Source: Wallemia ichthyophaga EXF-994 (taxonomy: Eukaryota > Fungi > Basidiomycota). Taken from it: 32,000 nt of DNA. Positions 21,660 through 32,000 of this stretch are shown in pieces. The notes below the pieces were generated by a model that ran no database searches, was not told the origin of the DNA, and worked only from the letters and a program-made list of their open reading frames with translations. The stretch covers positions 41,419 to 73,418 of the forward strand of contig NW_008806302.1 in NCBI RefSeq assembly GCF_000400465.1. Reading direction: 5' to 3'. Position numbers and translations under genes: made by a program. Within the stretch, counting starts at the first letter, position 1, and each line of letters starts with the position of its first letter.

Positions 21660-22117
21660 TCAACAATCTGGACCATAGCTGCGATAGCATTCTTCACGAT
21701 CTAAGTCACCTCCCTTGCCTTTACACCAAACCTTCATACCATCTCAACCTCTAAGATTTCTGACTGGAATTCTTGTTGGTCCAGTCACAGTCAAAACAGC
21801 TCTTAAAGATACAAGCTTGATTAGGAACTCCTCTCTGCACGTCGGTCATATCGCGACCATTTTTGTCCTTGCAATAATAGTCGCATCTTTTTCTCTAATA
21901 AATCTAGGAGTGTGGACATTGTTGGGGTTCAAAACACGATTTAATGATGCATATGCGTCGTTGCAAACTTCATAAGAGCATATCCATTATTGGCGACATC
22001 ACAATGCTCGTTGACATGCTTTCCACTTTCTTACTGAACAGTGTGGGATGCAGGGTCTATGACTGCAGCATTGACGGCGAGGATAACTGAAGCGATTTTA
22101 AAGATTTCAGAAAACAT
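21660..22117 (-). pseudogene. Decayed prepro-peptide gene (signal peptide, Kex2 KR site, Cys-rich mature domain)
   Basis: MFSEIFKIASVILAVNAA...VQ*ESGKHVNEHCDV (aligns to the paralog GKVVNGSYDI). After frameshifts: DLLEK(R)CDYYCKDKNGRDMTDVQRGVPNQACIFKSCFDCDW... RG*DGMKVWCKGKGGDLDREECYRSYGPDC*. Contains two nonsense codons and several frameshifts. TATAAA lies upstream. Confidence 0.7.
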
Positions 22118-22744
22118 GATGATAGTAATTGATTAGCTGTTTTGTGCCTCTTTATAGTCAGGTTTGGATATGTGATGTCATAATGAATAAACGCTCTCGG
22201 ACATCTTGCAGGTGCAGCTCTGCACTATGTTAGTAGTCTGTAGATTCTTGGGTAGACTTCTTGTTCTCAGCCAATTCGCACCAACCTCCACATCCAGCCG
22301 GTAAAAACAAATTTTGACATTTGTTTGCCGATCAGTAAAGACATTATGGATATGCTTGGATTTCAGGGAGTGGAAGCTCACGTTTCTTGCTTTGCGGTAA
22401 TACATTACGATAATTGTCAGAAGGCTATTGCCGAAAGTATCAAACTTTAATAACATGACAGGTACTTCAAAAAACACGTTCACGATTCTCAATTACTTTC
22501 ACGTTAATCTTATGCATCACTATTTTACACATGGTATTCATATTGCAATTTGCTAGCAATCAAGTCTCAGTCGTGTTTATGGCTTGATGGTATCAGTTTA
22601 TGTAGCTCCAGCTAATCGAGTGATCAAATTATCTCTAGACTTAAACAGAGAGAAGGCAGTAGCAGCACTCTCATTTTGACCAGTCAAATGATTCATCTTT
22701 TTAAAGTCCTGGATAACGTAAGCGAGATGTATAAACTCGAATTA

Positions 22745-22996
22745 CTAATATCCACCTCTATTGTAGTATCCTTTTCGGTCGTTGATCTTGTAGTCGCACC
22801 TGCGACGAAGATCATTTATATGAGGGTTAGGGCTAATTACGCTGTTTGAGAAAAAATCCAATTCGTCAAAGATATCGTAACTCCCATTCACGACCTTTCC
22901 CGGAGTTTTCGCAGGGTGACCTTGTCTGAGTATGTCGTTAAATCCAGCATTGATAGTAAAGACAAGCGATGCGATTGCAAGGATATTTGAGAACAT
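22745..22996 (-). CDS. Small secreted prepro-peptide (83 aa), paralog of 21660-22117
   Basis: ATG start, signal-peptide-like MFSNILAIASLVFTINA, pro-region, RRR then CDYKINDRKGYYNRGGY followed by a double stop. It may itself be truncated. Confidence 0.6.
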   Translation of the reverse strand: MFSNILAIASLVFTINAGFNDILRQGHPAKTPGKVVNGSYDIFDELDFFSNSVISPNPHINDLRRRCDYKINDRKGYYNRGGY

Positions 22997-23414
22997 ATCT
23001 TGTTGTTGATGGTGCTTTTTAAGAGGTATGTACCCTCCTCACTTTTCCGTGATTCAAGTTTTGCGGTCGATGGAATGAGGAAGCTTATGAAAATAAGACT
23101 GAAGGTGCAATCTTTAAAAAGGACACTGTCAACTGAATTAAAGAAAGTTTCTTGTAGCCCTCCACATGCGGCACTTTCCGGCCGAGAAATTTAAGCTTTT
23201 TTGACGGCTAAACTTTGCTATGAAGTCACTCTTCAAATCTAAACATAGCTATAATTAAGCAGATAGGCTAACAATGTTGTGAAAAAGCGTTGATTCTAAG
23301 TCTATTTGTACAGCTTTACAAGGATGTAAAATCTTCAATTTGGAGTGTCAAGATTTATAATGTCTATGCGCGTATGTGATAATACAAGTTCTTCTATAGA
23401 GTTCTCAAACCCTT

Positions 23415-24736
23415 TTAAAACCCTTGGGAGACGTTATTCTTTGACTCATCTCCGCCGTGAATGATTTCATCCCCCTTAGTGAGAACCGAGTAAGCTACGA
23501 ACTCCTTAAGATTCGGATCTCTAGTCTCCCACTCCATATCTCCATCAAAAACTCTAACAGGCTTCTCGCTAGCACCTGGAGCAGGAGCAAAATTATCCGT
23601 GAAGAGATGTCCGACGAGTTGGGCAACAGGTTTCGCAAACCAACGACGAGGTGCAGGGTAGTTGTCTGAATATGTTGGACCCGTTCTAAACACGCTAAAT
23701 GGGTGTCCACCTTCAAACCAAGCCATGTGACCACCGTGCTTGGTGTGGTAGATGTGCACAAGTGGGTTCGCTTTGCATTTGTAGAGGTTAGAAGGTGATG
23801 TCTTGTATTCGTCGGCAGGTTCTGGCCAGGCTGCTTTGAATGCTATAGGGTCATCCTCCGAGTTCAAACCTAGGAAAGGTATCTTAATCTTTTCTATGTA
23901 GTTTGCCGATGAGGCCCTGGAAAGTGTTAGCGTGGAACTTTGCCTCCGTATCAAACTCACCAAATGCAGTACGCCTCAGCGTTTGGAATTGGGAAATCTG
24001 GGGGATGCCCACCGACTTTGCAAGTGATAATATCCTCAAACTGCTTGACGGTCGGCCATTTCAGTGAATTGATGAGTGCAAGCTCCTCTGCATGAGTTTC
24101 CTTGAGTGCATGCCCATGCAAATTCAATAAAGCCATCATACTAGACGCCATAGCTCTATCGTAAAAGTAAAGGCCGAGATAAGACCCCTCGAGCTCCTTC
24201 GTACCTTTGTAGAGATCCCAAGGATTGGACAGTACAACAGCTGCCTTGAATGGGCATTTGTCACCCTCCTCGGCGCAGTATTTCGTGATAATGTTGGCCC
24301 CGAGACTGAATCCGATGGCTATCAAATCCACGTCAGGATACAGGTTTTTAATGTAGAGGATAGCAGTCCGTAGATCGTTTGTTTGGCCCGCGGAGAAAAG
24401 AAGCGGAGATGTGATTGTGGTGTTTGCGCATCCTCTGGCTATGACTACGATAGAGGTTACGTCTTCACCTAGTTGAGCCACGACTGTTCGTACATATGAC
24501 TCATGAGAACCACCAGTTAGTCCATGGCAAATGACCGCTACTTTCTGTTTTCCTGGGTTGTGGATATCGAGGGAGATGTTCCCGCCATCTCTGAGTAAGA
24601 GTGTGTGTCTGTGATAGTCGACGCTATCGATGTTCGAGGTATCGAGGAGAGTGGAGAATATTGTTTGAAAATGGCCATTCGGCAGCCAGCCTGTTGGATT
24701 GTACTCCTGGAAAATCTCCTTAACGGCCGTGTCCAT
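23415..24736 (-). CDS. Alpha/beta hydrolase, Eht1/Eeb1 (YheT/ABHD1-3) family acyltransferase/esterase
   Basis: NGHFQT, ICHGLTGGSHESYVR, GFSLG nucleophile, NSEDDPI acid, GGHMAW His. Intron 23960-23917. First in-frame ATG is at 24736; the true start is uncertain. Confidence 0.92.
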
Positions 24737-24827
24737 CGTATGCAGATAAGAGCTTTCAGATTTTCCAACGTGAAATGAATGCCATAAATATCTATAATAC
24801 AATCCCAGTCGTAATTCTGCACTTGGA

Positions 24828-25144
24828 TTACTTTTTACCCTTAGCGTCCTTGTCTTTGAGAATGTGCAGTGGTCCACTGGAAGCTTTACCGACCATTTCC
24901 TTCTCGATGTTGTTATTGATGGATGAGCTCAATTTCTATATCAGAAGTATCAGCCACGCTCAGGCCACTCACTCCGACTCCGACTCACCTTCATATTAGT
25001 CTTGAGCTCAACTTCATTTTTCTTCTTTGGGGGGATCGCCATCTTTCCCTTCTTGGTCACTGATGCATTCTTCGACGCTTTGTGGGCGTTGTTGGCCTTT
25101 TTCGTATTTGGATTTGACTTTAGTTTTGTTACGCCCTGTGCCAT
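24828..25144 (-). CDS. Small basic UPF0390/DUF2462-like protein
   Basis: MAQGVTKLK...KKGKMAIPPKK...NMK|KLSSSINNNIEKEMVGKASSGPLHILKDKDAKGKK*, with intron 24988-24936 (GTGAGT..CTGAT..TAG). Matches the Lys-rich DUF2462 pattern. Confidence 0.85.
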
Positions 25145-26779
25145 GATGAGTGTGCGATAGCGAAGGGAAAGATTACGTGGGTGACATTATTTTGATTTTT
25201 CTTTCATTTGCATAGTAGAGTAACACCAGCGCGTAAGTACTTAAGCTGCCCCAATCCAGTCCAAGTCTACTGCTTCAAACTCTCTGCTCTTAAGCAAGGG
25301 GATGAAGAGAATGTACAGGGCCACTGAATGCATTCACTGTTACAATCAAAGTTAATTAATTGCCATGTTTTTCGTAATTCTCTGCAACCCAGCGTGGCCA
25401 TGATTATCTCATGATTGATTAGAGTAATCCAAGTAGGGTTATTTCTCTTCGAAACAGTGGCTTTTGAGCATAATCGCTCTATACCCCGCGACTTACTTGT
25501 TGATCTGCGGAAATGATCAGTATCAGAAAAATTCTAAAGACTGCACCGAAAACTTCTATCTGCGATAATTGAACATCTATATGACTGGGATAGACGCTCA
25601 CTTAGACTCGCTTGTTGAGGTTTCTTCGACTTCATTTTATACGATCTTTACCTCAGTGGACCGCGTATTAAGCTGAATCACACTCCCTCCAGAAAGGAAA
25701 CTCACTTTATTCAACTTACAATAAGTAAGATCCTGAAAACACCCGAATTTGCAAAGAGACTCACGTGAGTTGCCTTGGGATTAGACAAACAAAGCTTCGA
25801 GTAGTATTTTAAAACCTGTTAGCATCAATTTAAGATATCTAGGGAAACATCGAGGTACGAATGTATTAATCATTTGGCTGAACTGCCCAATTGAAGAGAC
25901 CATAGGTCCGTGTTGATAATAAACATCTGATCGTTGATAAAGGCGGGTTAAGCAAAATGTAGCTCTATTACATTAAAGGGTCAAGCTTTTGTTTTCTGAC
26001 ATTAATTTGCGGTCTTGCATCCCTGTTTTAAAAGCACTGTGCTTTGACATTGGCATGATATCAATGAGTGACATGAACACGACAGAAATGATTAAATGAC
26101 TCCTAAATCAAACAATTTACGGTGGCTTTAAGCCGTTTCTCAGTTTCGTCTCCTACAAAAATCAATACAACTACTTAAATCACATGAAGAAATTGTTTGA
26201 CCAATAAGGGTAAGGTACACCATTATTGTGAGAAGATGATGACATGCTGTATTAAGGAATGTCTTCTCTTTTACCTTATTGTATAGGTGTTGCTGGTGTC
26301 TATTTTACTTCTCGAATCAGAGGTAAAAAGACAACGACACAGCCTCATCTTGATTTATAAACTTTTTACGCGAGACAATGTAAAGCATTTCAAATGTGAA
26401 ACCGTACTTTCAGAAACTGATGCCAGAAGTATAGGCGTCCAAAAATTTGCGCAATCTCGATGACCATCTCCGAAGCCTTCGCCTCCTCTTTCACGTCTGA
26501 TATCTCCATTGATGGGCGAATTACGCCCTTTCAACTCAACTAAACCGTACACTTACAGAGCTGACGAAGATAGCGATGATGACGTCATTGAGCGAGATAA
26601 AGAGGAAGGCTCAGAATACACTGGTGGAAGCGACTATCGGAAAGATAAATGAGAATGTCTTACATTACTTGTATTTTGGATCTTTTTTTTTTAACTCTTG
26701 GATAACGTGCGGAAATAATAGCTCAATTTTCAAGCACCACATTGTTCCATTAAGCAGGGCATTGTTAAACTCTCCGGAT

Positions 26780-27010
26780 AATACATCAGCTACTTTCATA
26801 ACTACCATTCTATCTCTTTTCACTAGGTTTGGCTGCTGGAGCTACCGCTGCTCCTGCCCACGGGCAAGAATGTGAGTACACGTGAAGCTTCTTTGTCTAA
26901 CCAAACCCGTCAGGCCTCGGTTGAAAATGACGCATGTGGAAGGAAAATCGAAGAGTCCGACATTTGGGTGACTTCGAGCATTGAAATGGATTGCAAAGTG
27001 TTTTGGTTAG
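26780..27010 (+). other. Remnant or fragment of a spliced gene, possibly secreted
   Basis: Clear intron 26872-26913 (GTGAGT..CTAAC..CAG) between LGLAAGATAAPAHGQE and ASVENDACGRKIEESDIWVTSSIEMDCKVF. The frames do not join cleanly and no start was found. Confidence 0.3.
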
Positions 27011-28286
27011 TTTTTCTGTAAATCTGAAGCTTACAATGAGAAGTCCCATGAAATAGAAATGAGTGGCGAAATCAAAATTATTAAATCAGATTTTTAGCGC
27101 TTGTTGTCAATTGCTGCCCGGGTTGTATCAGTGATCACATCGATGTGGCGCCAAATGACTAAACTATCGCCGATAAAGCTCAATTATATACCAAATTCCT
27201 CGCAAAAATCAACCTGATTCCAGATCTTATGTTTGAATCCAAGTGATTGTAAGTGGTGCGAGTATGGTCGATTCTAATTCTTTTCTGTAGCAATAGATCT
27301 TTTGAGAGGCACACAGACGCGTGTGATATTTCAAGCGTTCTGCACAACCCTAATTATCCTCAAGAGGCTTCTACACATTGTATAGGCACCTCATCAGCTA
27401 CTTTTAAACTCAAGAAATGCATTGCTGCATTAAAGTGGCTTTTACGAGCTCAACAAATTCTCAGCCACCCCTTTACCTCCATTAATTGAAATTAACGAAA
27501 TGCACCTGCTGACGCCAAGTTGGGCTGACCCCGCTTTGCTTTGCATAAATTGCATTCATTAGAACTGTAAATTAAGACATGTGGACGCTGTCGGAAAACA
27601 TGAATCGCGCTTATAGAGCCAAATACTTGCGATTTGGGGTACTTATAGAATTAATTAGCTAATAATAATATCTCCATCGATTTCGCGCATGCCATTCTTC
27701 GTATCTATCCTATAGGGTATTCCAGAAAGATTTCGGATTGCAACCTGCAGGGTGCAATTGGAGGCTCAGGAACATAAATCTAGCAAAATCTTGTAGAGAT
27801 ATTTTAGGGCCATTTATCGAACTTTTTTACTTGGAGATCATCAAAAGTCGTCGATCAGTCATCTGAGATGAGATGAGTGGTGGTGGTGAAATTCAACTCG
27901 GTAAATATTAAGCGGAGGGTTGAAACGAGGATGAATTTGGAATGCTAAAGGTTCTTTGGAGTCGAGGGTCTTGCCAAATTTATTTGAATTGTCAGTATGT
28001 GATATCTTTGCGTCTAAAAACACGAATGTCAAGAATCACGTTAAGAAGGAATATAACTAAGATCAATATGCAGTTCGAATGAGGTAGAATGTCCATGAAT
28101 GGGCAAAAGCTCTGCAAGCCTTTTGCGATTTTTTCAAACCACAATTGACTACTTCTTCAAGATACTTCGATGGTTTGACTTGACGGATAAAATTATAAGA
28201 ACGCACTTAACGATATATTGAGGTTTCATCATTATCATCATTGTTTAGAAGAATACATTAGAATACAACATGTAATAAATTTAGAC

Positions 28287-30398
28287 TTATGGTAATGCAA
28301 CATCGAACGCCCTATCGTCAAACACATCATCAAATTTCATCAATCCGTATTCATCAGAGACCGTAAAAGATGGCTCAGGCAGTATGTCGGAATTCATTCC
28401 AGTGCTGGTACCAACATCACCATCAACACCGATCTGATCTATCTCAAGAGGCACTGGGGCAGCCACATCGAAGTTACTGATTTCCTGCAGTAATGGATCT
28501 ATCTCTGTTGGATGCGTTGGAGGGAAAGGTTGGATTCCATTGTTATAGAGCGATTCATTTAACCTGCTCAGCGCAAATAGAGCATTAGGGCAGCGATCTT
28601 GCATGCAACGGAAGAGATCGCCAAATGTCGCCAGCTCCAACTTGATTGCTTCTTTTGCAACTTCATCGCAACTCGAAACGAAAGCTGCAATCAAGATCTC
28701 GGCGGAGTCACTATACATCGCAATCGCATACGACGGGAGTCTCGCCAGGTCGAATGAAGAGTTCAGAAGCGAGTATGCAGTACTCAATGCAGCTCTCACA
28801 CATCCCATCAGTCTCTTTTTAGAATGTTGCTCCCGCATATACCCATTGTGCAGCGTTATTAGCGCGTTGAGAGATAGCATGTGCGCCAAATAAACATCCA
28901 CGTTGAGCTTCCCCTCGTTGAGATTCTTCCAACAATCCGGCAAACGTGATCTGAAGCGCATGATAGCCATATCTAATACACTGAAAGATGGTAGCTGATT
29001 TGCTGATTTCAAGCTGGGATTACTAATCACGTCTAGGATAGATTGATGGCGGAATTCATTGACTTTGTCGAGCAAAGCTGTGGCTTTGATGACCCAGTGG
29101 AATCCATCGTCACTATCATGATTTTCTAGTAGATTTGGCGCGTTGAGGTATGGCTCGTCGTCAGGAATATAATCATCACTGGAGGCGTGAATAAATCGAT
29201 CAGTCGGTGTAGGGAGCTTTAACAAAATCTGATGAGAGCTTAGATTAGATGGGTACGATCCACTTTTGTTAGCGTAGATAACATCGAACACCCAAAACGT
29301 ATATAGTATTCTCTTCCTCTGCTCTCGATCAAAGCTGTTCTTCAGAGGTAACAATTGTGAACGACTCTTCGTTAGACTAACTTCGACATGATACTTCAAC
29401 GCAATCATACCCCTCATCCCCAATGCATTGTATCGATGAAAATCTGCCCACTTGTTTTCACTGTGCATCAGATGAACCAATACCAACACTGCACTCAAAG
29501 ACTTGGCCTTATGAGACAGTTTGGAGTCAGATATGGCATCTTCCTCCAAGAACCTCGACGTCATCGAGACTGCCATATCGAAAAATGTGTCTCCACCACC
29601 TTGAAATAAGTTTGATCCACTTTCAGAGGCGGGAGGGGAGGTAACTCGAGGGGAATGCCGACTAGCTGCAGCACAGATGGCGTAAACTAGAGATGGGTGA
29701 GGTGCATCAGAGTGTGACCACGGAAGCAATATTCTTTCAAAGAAGGTTTTCTTGTGCAAATGAGCGGCAACAAAAGGACAGCAGGTGAAGAATATCTCCG
29801 CTAAATGCAATGTCAGGTCTAGTGGTGGGTATGGCCAGTCAAGCGTAGCTAGAGAATTGCTGAGTGGAGGCTGGGTCATCACAGGCACGCCGCTGTAAGA
29901 AGTTAGCGCTGTGTAACCTTGCCGAGACGAATCAAAAAGCGCTGCCGCTGACGATCCTTCATCAGATCCATCAACAGTGAAAGTGCCATCGAACAACTCG
30001 TTTGATACACCCCCGGTGATTTCATCGCCGATATGCTGAGACGCTAGTTGCTCCTCAAGCTGGCCTGTTGAGATTGTTTTAAGCTGCATTTATTATCAAG
30101 CAAGAATTCAACCCACGAATTCTCTCTTCTAACATGGTGATCTTGTTTCTCCGAGCAGATGGTTGAGTTGGGTCTTCATAAGCGCATTGATGGCCTGCTT
30201 TGGCGCACAAGCCACAATAAGGCTTGTCTGAATACCATTACCGTTGCGTATTGACGGGAACTTCTCCACTCACTTCCGTCACAGCGCTGAACGATGTTGA
30301 GATGGAGATTACACGCCTCGAATCGCACTTACAGCCTTCTTTTTGCGACATGGCAGACAAGCCTGGCCTCGTTTAAGTGTGTTTTCTGTTTTGGGCAT
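28287..30398 (-). CDS. Zn(II)2Cys6 transcription factor with fungal-specific TF domain
   Basis: Exons 30398-30333, 30286-30274 (13 nt), 30227-30117, 30064-28287 give ACLPCRKKKA|RCDG|N KPYCGLCAKAGHQCAY. The middle region (HPSLVYAICAAASRH; EQRKRILYTFWVFD) is typical of Fungal_trans domains. Confidence 0.93.
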
Positions 30399-32000
30399 TC
30401 CTCCGCGCCGGCGCCAGCTTATCTGTTGGGCGTGTACTCGATAGAGCCGTAATCGCAGATATTGTTCACACTTGAAAAAGAAATGTAAAAATGCAATGCT
30501 TTGTGATAAGGATTTGTTGCACTATGATCCACGCAATTGCCTGCTTTTAAAAAATCGACAAACGTTTAAGCTATACAAAACTTTATTCGCAAGTAGAAGT
30601 GTTTCAGGAATCTATCATAATTCTCTCTTGATATCGTTGTTAAAGTAATTCAATAGCGCGATACGTGTCGATAGACATACTAAAAGTGGCTAACGACCAA
30701 TAGCCCCTTTCTGATATGCGATAAAGGAGCTCTTCCACAGGAGGTAATAGATGTTAAGCTAGTCATTCGCGGTCGATAAATGGTTCCAAACTTTGGAAAA
30801 CTTGTGATTTTGTTCACTGGAGCTATCGATCGAATTGCCAAAAGAATATCTTTCAACTAGATCACTCATGATAATTGAAGAATTGAGTACTAATCTTACA
30901 CCCGGTTGTAAAACTATTGTGGTTAACATTAACGTTCGACTTCTGCCACTTAGATGTCAATGTAGTGGGATGGATCAACGCCCAACAAAAGCATCCCAGT
31001 GCTTATATTGCTCTAAAGATGATAAATGTAATAACCATGAAGCGAAAGAAAGCCTCTGTAATCTTAAATTAACAGCAAGATGCTCTGGTACGTCTTAGTT
31101 AGAGAGCTGGCCTTTGAGAGTTGAAAACAGTTTAACGCGTCTCAGATACTAATGTTATACCATTTGGTTTGCATATAGTCTGTTCGAGTAGCATTGTGTT
31201 CAGTCCTTCAACAATCACCCAACGTCTCCAAAGGCTAATTAGTTCCCTTCAGCAGCGTTTTTCTTCAAGAGTTGGATCCTGACCTGCTGGTCAACTTCAT
31301 AAGTTCCAGTAGTCTTCAAACACTTTACCGCAAAGGATCAAGCCAGAGACAATCAACTGAATCTCATGTAACCTTCAAATCTTTGATTAGAGGTATGAGT
31401 GAGGGAAGTGAGACGCCACTTTTATGTGGTCTGCTCTTGTCTTGTTGCAGGTTTAGTCAAGTTGCCATAGAAGCTGACAGGCATCTGTGGAGGCATTTCA
31501 ATCTTCTAATTGCTGAATTCGATTTTCTAATTAGCCGCGTGAATTCTGTAAAGACACCTATTTCATCCAGATTTCTGTTTGTGTGTGGGGACGAACACAT
31601 TGTCGGAAGCATCAAGCGAATAAAGCGGAAGCAATAAGGAAATAAAATTTGTTTGGGGTTTTGTCGACATGGCTGCTAACTACTGGGGCTAGATTATCCA
31701 CAGTCCAACGACCTGGCGGATGTACATTTTCATCGTCGGATTTATCACGTGGGGATAAAAACTGAAGCGGCCAAGATGATGCGGGTAGAGACAAATTCGA
31801 CCTCACTGCTGCAGCTTTTCCAGCTGCTCCCGAAATGCAAGATTAAGGGATATCTCTTTACTGCGCCACTGCGCCATTACACGATCAACTCAACCAACCA
31901 AGAAGGAATAATAACCAAGGAAGCTCTAGCGTCGGGCATTCATAAAGAATAATCGCATAAAGTAATTCACATGCGGAAGCCTGCGATAGACATCAACCAG

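Noticed and set aside
30835-31952. Short ORFs and a stop-interrupted minus frame at the window end as a transposon relic
   Set aside because: No recognisable transposase, RT or integrase motif; the stop density is compatible with non-coding DNA.
1-32000. Other snRNAs (U1, U4, U5, U6), tRNA, rRNA, CRISPR arrays
   Set aside because: I looked for hallmark motifs (e.g. ATACTTACCT, GCCTTTTAC loop, ACAGAGAAGATTAGC, tRNA T-loop contexts) by eye and found none. The sequence is eukaryotic, with no repeat-spacer arrays.

Overview
Eukaryotic (fungal) genomic DNA with compact, intron-rich genes and introns of mostly 40-55 nt. A basidiomycete origin is inferred and Wallemia-like is only a guess. The core block (about 8.4-24.9 kb, plus 28.3-30.4 kb) encodes an RGS-domain protein, a DysF/Spo73-like protein, a peroxisomal 4CL-like acyl-CoA synthetase, an arrestin-like protein, an acidic secreted protein, two Zn2Cys6 transcription factors, an NmrA-like oxidoreductase, an Eht1/Eeb1(YheT)-type alpha/beta hydrolase and a small UPF0390-like protein. 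The apparently empty 1-8 kb region is not empty. It holds two near-identical U2 snRNA genes in a 329-bp direct repeat (1 mismatch). Between them lie two paralogous genes for small secreted 8-Cys proteins (KP6-like fold inferred) and a frameshifted LEA-like gene. The intact paralog (2447-3112, minus strand) can be read in frame only through three consecutive microexons of 2, 3 and 2 nt, separated by mutually similar introns. This is the most striking feature of the window and is invisible to the ORF track. A second accessory island (21.6-23.0 kb) holds a pair of signal-peptide + Kex2-site prepro-peptide genes, one of them decayed. All gene models were built by hand and need RNA-seq confirmation.
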